Shown here: positions 25,774 to 35,290 of the stretch, one piece after another
Layout: each line of letters starts with the position of its first letter
Numbering within the stretch: position 1 is the stretch's first letter
Assembly: GCA_016186945.1 (NCBI GenBank)
Contig: JACPKR010000003.1
Location: 11,542-75,541 of the forward strand
DNA: 64,000 nucleotides
Direction of reading: 5' to 3'
Source: Deltaproteobacteria bacterium
GTDB taxonomy: Bacteria > Bdellovibrionota_B > Oligoflexia > Oligoflexales > Bog-1112
Program-made: the position numbers and the translations under genes
Notes under the pieces: model-generated
Database searches by the model: none
The model's input: only the letters and a program-made list of their open reading frames with translations
What the model was told of the DNA's origin: nothing

Positions 25774-27537
25774 GTGAGAACAAAATTTTATTTGTTTTTA
25801 CTTTGTATTATCACGGACATAGTCATCTTGTCCTGTAAAACCAGAACAGCCAGAAAACCATCGGCCGCCGCAAAAGAAGCCGCGTTGGCGGAAAAAGGAG
25901 CTTGTCCCGAACCTGACGTGGGACTCTTCGGCCCACGAGAACCTATGAGCCTTGCTGGGCTACAACTCGCCTCTGGTGATGTCAAGGTTAGCTCAACCGA
26001 TTATAAACCTAACGCATTTACCACCCGCATCACTGTCGATCCCTTCGCTCTTGGCCGTAAAAACAATGAAGGATTGGGCCTAAGCTTGGTCGAGGGAGGC
26101 GCTGGCATTGAAGTTCCTCCCGTCTTTGTCATGTGGAAAGCCTGTCAGAAAACAGGGCAACAGTGTTCCAATAACGGCAATTGGGCAAAATCTTACGACT
26201 TCACGATAAACGACCTCAGCAAGCTTCCCACAGGTGTTCTGACTGTCAGCATCAGAGCATGTGTGGAAGATCTTGCGTTGGTGGTTCCCCAAGAACAAAG
26301 TGCGCTAACCAATTCGTGCACATCCGAAGATCCTTGCTACTGCGGAAAAGAAGTCAAAGTTCCTTACCTGCAAAAAGACTTCGCTTCTTCCGATGCAGAC
26401 CTGAACAAACTTGCACAAGATATCCAAAATGCCAAAGCAGTCATTTTCCAGAGAGCTAACGCCTATATCCAAAGTGCCAAATCTTACCTGCGAAGTTGCT
26501 CTCAAGATGCCGGGACGACCCCGTATGAGTATGCGAGAAATATAGCGTCTTATACTTCTGACGAACTTGCATATCTTACGGATAGCCTCGGCTACGCGAT
26601 GATCGATTTCACTAATTCTCTTATAAAGGAGGCTAGCACAGGTGGAGAACTTGGACTTGCTGAAGGAACGCCCTCTGCCTGCTTCAAAGGACTTCCTCCT
26701 CCGACGCCGGTCGCGGAACGAGGGGACTATTCCACCCCGAGCGGTGAAGCGGAACCGTTTTCTCCCGGAGAAACACCTGGAGAAACAGAAGTAACAGACA
26801 TAACGAAACCCATCCCCGAGCCGCGAGAACCCAGCGGGGAAGAGAAAGAGCTCGTAACAGGTCAAACACCCGCACCAGTCGCTTCAAGCACTCAGCAGGC
26901 CCTCCAGCAAGTCTCCCAAGTCCTCTTCGGCTTCGGCGCCACAGCGATCGTCCTTGGAGCTGTGGTTTTGGTCACCTCTGTGGTAGTCGCAGGGACGGGA
27001 GTGGCGTTAGATGTAGCAGTAGCGGTTGAGGACATTGCGGCTGCGAGGTCGGCGGCGGTGGAGGCGGATGCGAGGGCGAGATCGGCGCCGATGGTGGCAG
27101 CACCGGCGGGTACGTCAGGAGGTAGGTCGGTGGAGGCGGATGCGAGGGCGAGATCGGCGCCGATGGTGGCAGCACCGGCGGGTACGTCAGGAGGTAGGTC
27201 GGTGGACAGGATAAGGGCGGAGCCAGCGGGGACGAAGGTGGTGGCAGGTGGAACGGCGTGGGAGCCGAGAAAGGCTGCACTGGAATCAAGCATGATTCTG
27301 GAAAAAGCAGGAATAAAGGGTGCGTTAGTGTCGCTTGCAATGATATTGAGCGGTGTGGCGGCGGTAGCTGTTGGTAGTATTGGTTATTCTGGTTTTGCTG
27401 CTGGTCTTGCAGAGGGGACGGTTTGTGGGAATTTTGCCAGTGTTGCTGTGCAGAACGAAACGTCGCTCAAGCAGGCTGTGGACGTTTTGGTCGATATCGA
27501 GAATCAGTTTGACGCGCGTTTAGCGGTTCTTCGTTAA
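25774..27537 (+). CDS. Large hypothetical lipoprotein-like protein with Cys-rich domain, Pro/Glu linker and two long hydrophobic segments
   Basis: SD AGAGG then GTG 25774; lipobox-like VILSC (one Asp in the h-region lowers confidence); 602-aa open frame from 25729. Confidence 0.7.
   Translation: MRTKFYLFLLCIITDIVILSCKTRTARKPSAAAKEAALAEKGACPEPDVGLFGPREPMSLAGLQLASGDVKVSSTDYKPNAFTTRITVDPFALGRKNNEGLGLSLVEGGAGIEVPPVFVMWKACQKTGQQCSNNGNWAKSYDFTINDLSKLPTGVLTVSIRACVEDLALVVPQEQSALTNSCTSEDPCYCGKEVKVPYLQKDFASSDADLNKLAQDIQNAKAVIFQRANAYIQSAKSYLRSCSQDAGTTPYEYARNIASYTSDELAYLTDSLGYAMIDFTNSLIKEASTGGELGLAEGTPSACFKGLPPPTPVAERGDYSTPSGEAEPFSPGETPGETEVTDITKPIPEPREPSGEEKELVTGQTPAPVASSTQQALQQVSQVLFGFGATAIVLGAVVLVTSVVVAGTGVALDVAVAVEDIAAARSAAVEADARARSAPMVAAPAGTSGGRSVEADARARSAPMVAAPAGTSGGRSVDRIRAEPAGTKVVAGGTAWEPRKAALESSMILEKAGIKGALVSLAMILSGVAAVAVGSIGYSGFAAGLAEGTVCGNFASVAVQNETSLKQAVDVLVDIENQFDARLAVLR
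27057..27206 (+). repeat. Perfect 72-bp tandem repeat, 2 copies plus 6 nt
   Basis: Units 27057-27128 and 27129-27200 are identical and encode VEADARARSAPMVAAPAGTSGGRS. Confidence 0.95.
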
Positions 27538-27571
27538 TGGCGCGACTTATTGGGGACAATGAGTCCAAGCT

Positions 27572-27593
27572 AAGACGAGGTAGACGTCTTTTT
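27572..27593 (+). terminator. Possible intrinsic terminator
   Basis: AAGACG-AGGTAGA-CGTCTT followed by TTT, 35 nt after the stop codon; the stem is weak. Confidence 0.35.
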
Positions 27594-27683
27594 CATGACA
27601 CTATCCGGAAAATCCGTCACTATTAGCTCAACGGCTTGTGAAAGCTAACGAGAAGCTTTTTATGGGCAAATGGGATGAGTAAC

Positions 27684-28631
27684 TCAGTTCAACCCAGGTT
27701 CTTCTTGTATCATGGCCTCATGTCGTAGAAGCCCATCCGTATCCCAGAATCGCATCTGCATAGCATCCTTGGAAACTTCCAGTTCCAGGAAGCCGTGCTG
27801 AGGTGAGGAGAATCGAACGGTACCGTCCGTTCGCGAATCGGGGTCCAGGTCTCCTCCTCCTCCGCCGCTGATGAGTTGGTGCCCACAGGATGCTGCCTTG
27901 AGATGCTCCATGCGATGGCTATGCCCAGAAAGCCAGACGTCGAACTTATCGCAGAACAGCCAACGCATAAGCACCCCATAGGGCGTGTTACCCGTGTAGG
28001 AATACCCTCGCGCGTCCGAACTGAAAAGCGGGTGATGTGCGGTCACTATCTGCCAGCGAGTCGAACCGTCAAGTTGTTCCTGCAAGAAATCTACAGCACA
28101 GTGCTTACTGGAGAAACACCAGTCCGGAACGCTGGAATCGAAAGCGACCACTTTTAAGAGGTCTCCAAACTTTACAGAATAGAAGCGATGAGGGACGCTC
28201 CAGCGCTGGTTTTTCCGACTGTACTCTATGAACGCATTGACGTTTCCGCGATAGTCGTGGTTTCCAAACACGGGGAATATCTTTGCTTTTCCCAGACAAG
28301 GAAGACTATATGGCTTTTCAAGCTTCTCCTCCCATTGAGGATCTTCTGTGGAACTGACACCCTCAAAGTAGAAATGATCTCCAAGGAACAGCAGACCGTC
28401 CAGCTTGTCCAGCTCCTTACAGCGCTTCTCCATTGCTTGCGCAACTTCGTACTGCCTCGCATCTCCACTTCCTGTATCCCCAATTGCAAAGAAGTGCAGC
28501 ACGTCCTGCGCGGCTTGCTCCCTCACAATCGGATCAAAGCGGACCGACGGGACCATACGCTGACGTTTTACGAAGAGAAACGTCACGGTGCCCAGCAAAA
28601 GCAGAAAAATCAGGACGACGAATTTCTTCAT
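27684..28631 (-). CDS. Metallophosphoesterase (purple/tartrate-resistant acid phosphatase-like), N-terminally anchored
   Basis: GDTG, GDHFY, GNHD, HHPLFS and GHSH motifs. Confidence 0.88.
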   Translation of the reverse strand: MKKFVVLIFLLLLGTVTFLFVKRQRMVPSVRFDPIVREQAAQDVLHFFAIGDTGSGDARQYEVAQAMEKRCKELDKLDGLLFLGDHFYFEGVSSTEDPQWEEKLEKPYSLPCLGKAKIFPVFGNHDYRGNVNAFIEYSRKNQRWSVPHRFYSVKFGDLLKVVAFDSSVPDWCFSSKHCAVDFLQEQLDGSTRWQIVTAHHPLFSSDARGYSYTGNTPYGVLMRWLFCDKFDVWLSGHSHRMEHLKAASCGHQLISGGGGGDLDPDSRTDGTVRFSSPQHGFLELEVSKDAMQMRFWDTDGLLRHEAMIQEEPGLN

Positions 28632-28634
28632 GTG

Positions 28635-30425
28635 TTACATCCTTTCCGGTGGGTCAATTCCCAAAAGGAGCAATCCCTGCTTCAGAACCTTCGCAAACGT
28701 TTCCAGAAGGGCTATGAGCGCAGAGCGTTCTTCACTTGTAGGAGCTTTCAAGATCGGCACATCAGCATAGAAACGATTATAAGCCTTACACATGTTGTAA
28801 AGGTGATTGGCAATGGTGGAAGGTTTATAGTTCTCGCATGCCTGCTTGACCATGTCGTTGAAGTCATAGAGGTAGCGCAGCAACTCTCGTGCTGAGGCTT
28901 GCTCCAAACAATCGCAGTGGTTAAGACTTGCCGTAAACCCTTTCTCTGCACATTTGGCAAGGATGGACTTCGTACGAGCATAGCTATACATAAGATAGGG
29001 TCCTGTGTTGCCTTCAAAGGAGGTCCAAGCTTGAAGATCAAAGATGATCTCTTTAACTGGGTCTGAACTCAACATACCGTACTTAATTGCTCCGACCGCT
29101 AGTCTGTCAGCTGTCATGTTCCTTTCACTTTCTCCCCACTGATCCTGATATTTTTCGAGATAAGGAGAAAGTTCCTTGAGAAGGTTGTCGCGAAGAAAAG
29201 CGAAGGGCAGCATGGTTCCTGAACGTGAGGACATTTTACCTTCCGGAAGGCGAACGTGTGCATAGCTGAGGTGAAAGCAGTCCTTTGCCTGAGGGAAGCC
29301 CATCAGTTCCAAGGCTTTGAAAAGTTGCTCGAAGTGAAAGTTCTGTTCGCTCCCCACGACATAGAGGGAACGGTCGACCTTGAAGTCATCGAATTTGCGT
29401 CGGGCCAAAACCAAGTCTTTTGTAATGTAGGGTGTAGTCCCATCTGATTTTCTAGCCATAAAGAAGCCAAGTTTGTAGGGACTGAGGTCGACACCGATCG
29501 CACCATCTGATTCCGAGAAAAGACCTTTCGCAATGAATTCATCGACAATCTTCTGGGCTTCCTCCGTCAATTCGGACTCGAAGAAGTAGTGGTCGAAATG
29601 AACGTCAAGCCACTTGTAAATGTTCTTGAAGTCTGCCAGGCATTCTTCCCTGCTTTGTTTCCAAACTTCATAATAGGGGCCGTTCTTGCTTTCCAGTTGG
29701 GAGAGGATTGAGGAAATTTTCTGCATGGCAGTTTTTTTTCCCTCATGGTCGGCGCTTTCCAAAACCTTCGAGGCTCTGACATAATTTTGTCCGTACCAGT
29801 GTGCCTTGTTCACGTTTAGGTCGCTGGGCGGTCCTCCCTGTTCGACCACCTGCCATAGGCACTTGGCAACGTGTGTTCCCTCATCTCCGATGTAGTTGGC
29901 TGCGATGACGTCGTAACCGAGGTAGCCAAAGATACGGCACAGGGAATCTCCAAGGCAGACGTTCCTCGCGTGTCCGACGTGAAATTCCTTATGTGTATTG
30001 GGTTGAGAGAACTCGATCATAACGCGGGTTTTAGAAAAGGCTGCATGAGTCTGAGGTAGTTTGAAGTAGCTGCCATCCTGCACCTTAGCGAGAAGGTGTG
30101 AGGCCAGGAGTGTCTTTTCAATGAAGAAGTTGAGAAAGGCACCCTTTGATTCGATTCTTTCTACCCAAGGGTTTAGATTTTCCCTTGCAAATTCGTCGCG
30201 AAAGTCGTCGGCGATCTGTTGAGGGTTTCGTTTCATCACCTTTGCAAAACGAAAACAGGGTAACGCATAGTCCCCCAAGTGTGTTTCCGGTGGTTTTTCC
30301 AACATTTGAAAGATACTGGCTTCATCGAAAGCTCCCGACAGGTTTTTCTTCGCCAGAAGCGCGATCATACTTTCCGCAAGCTCACCTCGAATGGGGTCAG
30401 TTTCTTTCAAGATTTCAAGCTTCAT
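28635..30425 (-). CDS. argS: Arginine--tRNA ligase
   Basis: EFSQPNTHKEFHVGHARN, GKMSSRSG and FEGNTGPYLMY. Start reassigned to ATG 30425 (SD AAGGA); the longer ORF reads through a MITE. Confidence 0.97.
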   Translation of the reverse strand: MKLEILKETDPIRGELAESMIALLAKKNLSGAFDEASIFQMLEKPPETHLGDYALPCFRFAKVMKRNPQQIADDFRDEFARENLNPWVERIESKGAFLNFFIEKTLLASHLLAKVQDGSYFKLPQTHAAFSKTRVMIEFSQPNTHKEFHVGHARNVCLGDSLCRIFGYLGYDVIAANYIGDEGTHVAKCLWQVVEQGGPPSDLNVNKAHWYGQNYVRASKVLESADHEGKKTAMQKISSILSQLESKNGPYYEVWKQSREECLADFKNIYKWLDVHFDHYFFESELTEEAQKIVDEFIAKGLFSESDGAIGVDLSPYKLGFFMARKSDGTTPYITKDLVLARRKFDDFKVDRSLYVVGSEQNFHFEQLFKALELMGFPQAKDCFHLSYAHVRLPEGKMSSRSGTMLPFAFLRDNLLKELSPYLEKYQDQWGESERNMTADRLAVGAIKYGMLSSDPVKEIIFDLQAWTSFEGNTGPYLMYSYARTKSILAKCAEKGFTASLNHCDCLEQASARELLRYLYDFNDMVKQACENYKPSTIANHLYNMCKAYNRFYADVPILKAPTSEERSALIALLETFAKVLKQGLLLLGIDPPERM

Positions 30426-30446
30426 CAAAACACATTCCTTCAAATG

Positions 30447-30591
30447 GTCATGAGTAAGCCGCTTGGGGCAAGGAGGTGGTTTGGAGGAAACTGCGCAGCT
30501 GGTTCCTCCATGAATTCCTTGGGGAAGCGACGGTTCCCTCGCCCCCCCAAACCCCCCTCTCCCTTTTTTCCACAAGCAGCTTACAGGTTAC
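30447..30591 (+). mobile_element. Family A MITE, full length, diverged TIRs
   Basis: 8-bp TSD TTCAAATG (30439-30446 and 30592-30599). Confidence 0.92.
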
Positions 30592-30684
30592 TTCAAATGT
30601 CATTGGCGGACATTCCTCATAGTGACTATTCGTATGCTAGGAAGTGAATTCCGTTTCAACGATGGGAAGCAATGAGGTTGGCCC

Positions 30685-32295
30685 ATGAGCGTTACCGTTC
30701 ATACCGCCCTATATGATGCGATGGAAAGTTCGATTCTACAAGTGGAATGTAGTTATACGCGGGGGTTTAGTGGTCTTCAATTAATAGGTAGCAATACGGA
30801 TGTTTGCAAGGGGGGACTGGAGCGTGCGCGAGCGGTTCTGGAGGACTTAGGGGTAGCGGTTCCTCAGAAGCGGATTGTTCTCAACATTTCGCCTGCGCAT
30901 ACACGCAAGGACGGCAGTCACTTCGATTTGCCTTTTGCTGCTGGTTTGGCTGCCTTAATAACGGGGCGGACGCCTGGGATTGATTTGGGCAAATGGATTT
31001 TCGCCGCTGAATTAGGTTTGGATGGCAGACTACGTCCGGTCAAGGGTGTGATTTCGTTTGCCCTTGCTGCCGTATCGAGTCAGTTCACGGGCGTTGTCGT
31101 GGCAGAGGAGAACCTTGAGGAAATTTCCGTGCTCAATCAATTGAAGGTGGTGAATACGAAGGATCTCTCGGCCTTGGCATTTCGACACTTCAAGGATGTG
31201 GTCGAGTGGATTTTCAGCGGTGAGGAAAAGGGAGCACTTTTTTCCTCGACTCACACCCGTCCTCAAGAGGCGAAATCTTCTGGCGAACCGAACTTCTGCG
31301 AACCGAACTTCGATGACATGATCCTCAGTCCAAGCACTCAGTCCGTCGCTTTGGTCGCAGCAACCGGCTTACACAGCATCCTTCTGCATGGTGCGCCAGG
31401 GACGGGGAAGTCGATGTTTTCCGCGCGCCTTACGAGCATCATGCCACCCATGAGCCGCGAGGATCATTTGGAGTCCCTGAAGATTCACAGTTCGGTACTG
31501 CAAAAGATGCCCGAGAGCCTTCTGGGGGGACGGCCCCCTTTTCGCTCCCCACACCATCAATCTTCTGCTTCCGCGATTATGGGAATACCTGAGCAGCCTG
31601 GGGAAATTTCCCTCGCTCACGGAGGCATCCTCTTTCTCGACGAGTTCCCAGAGTTCAGACGTGACATCATTGAAGCCTTAAGGGAACCGCTTGAGACGGG
31701 CTACGTGCGGGTCTCCCGAGCTAAAAAAAAGGTGGTCTGGAATTCGAAGATCACCCTTGTAGCTGCCTGCAACGCTTGCCCTTGCGGCTGGCTGGGAAGT
31801 TCGCTACGCCGCTGCACGTGTCCAACATCAAGAATACTCGCCTACAGGAGAAAACTGTCAGGCCCCATCCTTGATCGTATCGACCTGCACGTAAACATGC
31901 TCGACCAGTCCCTGGGCAAGGCAGAAATCTTCCTCCAACTTCAAGAAAAGAGTACTGAGTCCCTTACACAAAAACTAACAGAGAAAGTCATACACGCCCG
32001 CCATTTCGGCGCCAAAAGGAATGAAAAACTGGGGGTTCTCTACAACCGCGACTTGAAAGCAGATCATATGATCATTGCTTCGGGTCTGGACACACGCCAA
32101 TTCAAGACACTCGTAGATTCCTGCACGCCTAAATATGCGACCCGACGTTCCCTTATCCGTTCCCTTCGTGTTGCTCGCACCTTAGCTGACCTCAGCAACA
32201 AGGACGAAATCGACCGAGGCCACCTTCTACAAGCGTGGAGTTGGCTCCCTAGCAGTGCCACTGAGGATGGGATAAGCAGTTCCTATGGGACGTAA
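30685..32295 (+). CDS. comM: ComM/YifB Mg-chelatase-like ATPase
   Basis: KDGSHFDLP, ELGLDG, GAPGTGKS, PFRSPHH, AHGGILFLDEFPEF, CPCG and SGPILDRID. Confidence 0.9.
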   Translation: MSVTVHTALYDAMESSILQVECSYTRGFSGLQLIGSNTDVCKGGLERARAVLEDLGVAVPQKRIVLNISPAHTRKDGSHFDLPFAAGLAALITGRTPGIDLGKWIFAAELGLDGRLRPVKGVISFALAAVSSQFTGVVVAEENLEEISVLNQLKVVNTKDLSALAFRHFKDVVEWIFSGEEKGALFSSTHTRPQEAKSSGEPNFCEPNFDDMILSPSTQSVALVAATGLHSILLHGAPGTGKSMFSARLTSIMPPMSREDHLESLKIHSSVLQKMPESLLGGRPPFRSPHHQSSASAIMGIPEQPGEISLAHGGILFLDEFPEFRRDIIEALREPLETGYVRVSRAKKKVVWNSKITLVAACNACPCGWLGSSLRRCTCPTSRILAYRRKLSGPILDRIDLHVNMLDQSLGKAEIFLQLQEKSTESLTQKLTEKVIHARHFGAKRNEKLGVLYNRDLKADHMIIASGLDTRQFKTLVDSCTPKYATRRSLIRSLRVARTLADLSNKDEIDRGHLLQAWSWLPSSATEDGISSSYGT

Positions 32296-32412
32296 GGCAT
32301 TCATTTAGAAGGATTATCTCGACACCCCCCTGGTATTTCCCGCTGGAATTGGTAAAGTTTTCCCATAGCCTGACGATACGAGAAGAGACGTCGGACTAAG
32401 GGAGAACGTTTC

Positions 32413-32886
32413 ATGCTTCTCAGGATTCCCAAAGGCTTTAGCTTAGTCGAGCTGATGGTGGTCGTTGCCATCATTTCCGTGCTCGCTGCGATTGCCATTC
32501 CACGCTTTCAAACCTTCCAAGCTAAAGCTCGCCAGGCAGAGGCGAAAATGAATCTGTCTCATATCTTTACTCTCGAGGAATCTTATCAAGCAGAAAATGA
32601 TCAATACACCAACCTTGCGGAAGATGCTGCTTGCGGCGATTCCAATGAACTCGGCTTCTACATTTCAAACTGTGCAAAGGCCCGCTACCATTATTCAGTG
32701 ACCGATGCTTCCACTGTCGCCTTTTCGGGCCATGCGAAATCTGGCGAAGGCCCTGCTAACAAAGTTACTCCCGGCTGCCAAATGGACTACTGGACGATAG
32801 ACCAGGACAAAGTTCTAAGAGCTGTCTCCGACTCCGTCACCCGCTGTGGACAAGCCGGTGGCCGTGCTCCTGCTCCTGCCGAATAG
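32413..32886 (+). CDS. pilA: Type IV pilin (PilA-like)
   Basis: KG|FSLVELMVVVAIISVLAAIAIP prepilin motif; four Cys in the C-terminal half. Confidence 0.85.
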   Translation: MLLRIPKGFSLVELMVVVAIISVLAAIAIPRFQTFQAKARQAEAKMNLSHIFTLEESYQAENDQYTNLAEDAACGDSNELGFYISNCAKARYHYSVTDASTVAFSGHAKSGEGPANKVTPGCQMDYWTIDQDKVLRAVSDSVTRCGQAGGRAPAPAE

Positions 32887-32895
32887 ATAATTTCC

Positions 32896-32942
32896 TTGGA
32901 GGAACCAGCTGCGCAGTTTCCTCCAAACCACCTCCTTGCCGT
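32896..32942 (-). repeat. Family A core-only derivative
   Basis: TTGGAGGAACCAGCTGCGCAGTTTCCTCCAAACCACCTCCTTGCCGT, 9 nt after the pilA stop. Confidence 0.88.
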
Positions 32943-33037
32943 GGCGCCTCTCTGCCGCCGAGTTTAAGGTGGGTGTCTTGTAAATTCCCTGCTAAAGTTT
33001 TCCTGTGAAACAAACTTCATAAATTGGGAGTGTAGCT

Positions 33038-34078
33038 ATGGCTTTGATTCCTCTTCGCGTACTTCTTGATCATGCAGCGGAAAACAACTACGGCGTAGGT
33101 GCTTTTAACGTCAATAATATGGAGCAAATCCAGGCCATCATGGAGGCAGCACGGGAGACGGAAAGTCCGGTGATCGTTCAAGCTTCCCGAGGCGCACGGA
33201 CTTACTCGCAAGACAATTATTTACGGCATCTCATGCTGGCGGCTGTCGAACTCTATCCAGAAATTCCTGTCGTCATGCATCAGGATCACGGGAACAGTCC
33301 CGACACTTGCTTTTCAGCCATCAAGCAGGGTTTCACCTCGGTCATGATGGACGGGTCACTTCATGAGGACGCTAAAACACCTGCCGACTTTACATACAAC
33401 TGTAAGGTGACAAGGCAGGTCGTAGATGCCGCCCATAAACAAGGCGTTTCTGTAGAAGGCGAATTGGGTTGCCTCGGTTCCCTCGAAACAGGCAAGGGTG
33501 ACAAAGAAGACGGCCATGGTGCGGAGGGGACACTATCCCGCCATCAACTTCTCACCGACCCTGAGGAAGCAAGGGAATTCGTAACCCGCACTAAGGTTGA
33601 TGCCCTGGCAGTCGCCGTGGGAACCTCACACGGGGCGTACAAATTTTCCCGTAAACCAGATGGTGCCATACTTTCCATCGAGACGATCATGGACATCCAC
33701 AGGAAATTACCAGACACCCACCTTGTGATGCACGGTTCTTCATCTGTGCCCCAACACTTACAGGACTTGGTGAATGAGTATGGCGGGAAAATCAAGCAGA
33801 CCTACGGGGTCCCTGTAGAAGAAATACAGAAGGCCATTCGGCATGGCGTGCGAAAAATTAATGTGGATACAGACAATCGCCTAGCTATGACAGGCATGAT
33901 TCGCAAAATGCTATGGTCCAAACCTGAGGAGTTCGACCCACGCTATTACATGAAACCAGCCAGAGATGCGATGAAGGAAGTGGTAAAAGAAAGGATGTTG
34001 GCGTTTGGCCAGGCAGGTCACGCGCCGCAAATCCGACAGGTGACCTTATCCGAAATGGCCAAACGTTACCATTATTGA
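33038..34078 (+). CDS. fba: Fructose-bisphosphate aldolase class II
   Basis: [47 protein letters not shown] and KINVDTD. Confidence 0.96.
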   Translation: MALIPLRVLLDHAAENNYGVGAFNVNNMEQIQAIMEAARETESPVIVQASRGARTYSQDNYLRHLMLAAVELYPEIPVVMHQDHGNSPDTCFSAIKQGFTSVMMDGSLHEDAKTPADFTYNCKVTRQVVDAAHKQGVSVEGELGCLGSLETGKGDKEDGHGAEGTLSRHQLLTDPEEAREFVTRTKVDALAVAVGTSHGAYKFSRKPDGAILSIETIMDIHRKLPDTHLVMHGSSSVPQHLQDLVNEYGGKIKQTYGVPVEEIQKAIRHGVRKINVDTDNRLAMTGMIRKMLWSKPEEFDPRYYMKPARDAMKEVVKERMLAFGQAGHAPQIRQVTLSEMAKRYHY

Positions 34079-34446
34079 GCTACTGGTTCCTCGGGACCAC
34101 TCATGGGTTCCGTAGGAGCTGCTGGTGCTGCGGCAGCGTCAGCAGGAGCTGCATCTACCAACGCGCTTACTTTCTGACATTGGTAGCCAGATTGGCTCAG
34201 TTTATCGACCAAACCCTGAGCTTTCTGCTCACAATAGCCAGCCTCGCCGTTAGCCCAATACGTCTTTTGGGGACCTGCGGCATCCCTCTCGTACATGACC
34301 TGGCATGGAACATCCGTCATCTGCGGATACTGAACTTCAACAGTACGTGTGTAGTCCGCTCCTTTACATTGATATTTGACCGCATCGACGGCGAACGCTT
34401 GTCCAAAACCGACGCTCACCATTCCTAGTAAAAGCAACCTTTTCAT
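34072..34446 (-). CDS. Small secreted four-Cys hypothetical protein
   Basis: Signal peptide ending AFA; C...R.VEV.Y...VPC.V.Y...GYCE..A...YQC; Ala/Pro-rich tail. Confidence 0.75.
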   Translation of the reverse strand: MKRLLLLGMVSVGFGQAFAVDAVKYQCKGADYTRTVEVQYPQMTDVPCQVMYERDAAGPQKTYWANGEAGYCEQKAQGLVDKLSQSGYQCQKVSALVDAAPADAAAAPAAPTEPMSGPEEPVAQ

Positions 34447-35290
34447 CCCAATTACTCCTAAAAAAATTTTTTTTATTATACATTGAATTTCTGTCGTACT
34501 CTATAGTGTTCAAGATAATCAATGTAATGCGTAAGCCACTTGGGGCAAATAGGGAGAGGGGGGTTTGGGGGGGCGAGGGAACCGTCGCTCCCCCAAGGGA
34601 TTTCTTGGAGGAACCAGCTGCGCAGTTTCCTCCAAACCACCTCCTTGCCCCAAGTGGCTTACCACGGAAAATTTCAGAGGCATTCTGCAACCATTCTACG
34701 GCATCGGAAAGTGGTAGGCCAATGACATTTGTGAAGGATCCGCGAATGCTCTTTATGAAGCATGTTCCCTTTCCTTGCAAGGCGTAAGCACCTGCCTTAT
34801 CCATAGGCTCACCCGATTTCACATAGGAGCTGATTTCCTCATCCCCAAGGATTCTAAACTGTACATCGGTTTCAAACAGCGCGCTAACGACTTTCCTCTT
34901 GAAAGGCTTTGCTTTAACGAAGTGAAAACACATAGCAGTCAGCACCTTATGCCACTTGCCGGAAAGTGCTTGCAACATTTGCACGGCTTCGTCCTGATCC
35001 CGCGGTTTTTCAAGAACCGAGGAACCGAGCAGCACAATAGTATCCGCGCTTATGATAATGGTATTTTGCTTCAATCTCTTGCAAAAAGCCTTGTCGTCCA
35101 ACAAGCATGCCCCCTTTAGGCGCGCATGCTGTTCAGCATAACGGCGTGGATCATTCAAAAGCCCGCGGTTGTTAGTTTCATCATAGCTGCTTGAGATGGT
35201 TTCAAAGACGATTCCTGCCTGGATTAGAAGTTCCTTGCGCCGCGGAGATGCGCTGGCGAGAAAAATTTGGGATGTGGCCGCCTGATTCAC
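34364..35290 (-). CDS. maf: Maf-family nucleoside triphosphate pyrophosphatase with a ~99-aa repeat-derived C-terminal extension
   Basis: LASASPRR, ISADTIV, EKP, LSGKWH, DKAGAYALQG and NVIGLPL. The Maf domain ends near 34663 and the frame continues through MITE A. Confidence 0.92.
   Translation of the reverse strand: MNQAATSQIFLASASPRRKELLIQAGIVFETISSSYDETNNRGLLNDPRRYAEQHARLKGACLLDDKAFCKRLKQNTIIISADTIVLLGSSVLEKPRDQDEAVQMLQALSGKWHKVLTAMCFHFVKAKPFKRKVVSALFETDVQFRILGDEEISSYVKSGEPMDKAGAYALQGKGTCFIKSIRGSFTNVIGLPLSDAVEWLQNASEIFRGKPLGARRWFGGNCAAGSSKKSLGGATVPSPPQTPLSLFAPSGLRITLIILNTIEYDRNSMYNKKNFFRSNWDEKVAFTRNGERRFWTSVRRRCGQISM
34501..34523 (+). mobile_element. Family B left-end fragment
   Basis: CTATAGTGTTCAAGATAATCAAT, directly abutting a family A element. 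Confidence 0.8.
34524..34662 (-). mobile_element. Family A MITE lacking the terminal 7 nt of one TIR
   Basis: Intact GTAATGCGTAAGCC at 34524; the other end stops at ...GTGGCTTAC; no TSD. Confidence 0.9.

Noticed and set aside
26892-27340. Antisense Pro-rich and Ala-rich ORFs over the 72-bp repeat
   Set aside because: They are explained by the G-rich low-complexity sense strand, which lacks antisense stop codons; no RBS support.
27615-27690. tRNA-like start (CACTATTAGCTCAACGG)
   Set aside because: No T-loop GTTCRA, no acceptor-stem complement and no anticodon arm could be folded.
32296-32412. Sigma-54 promoter upstream of pilA
   Set aside because: TGG motifs are present, but none has GC at the required -12 spacing.
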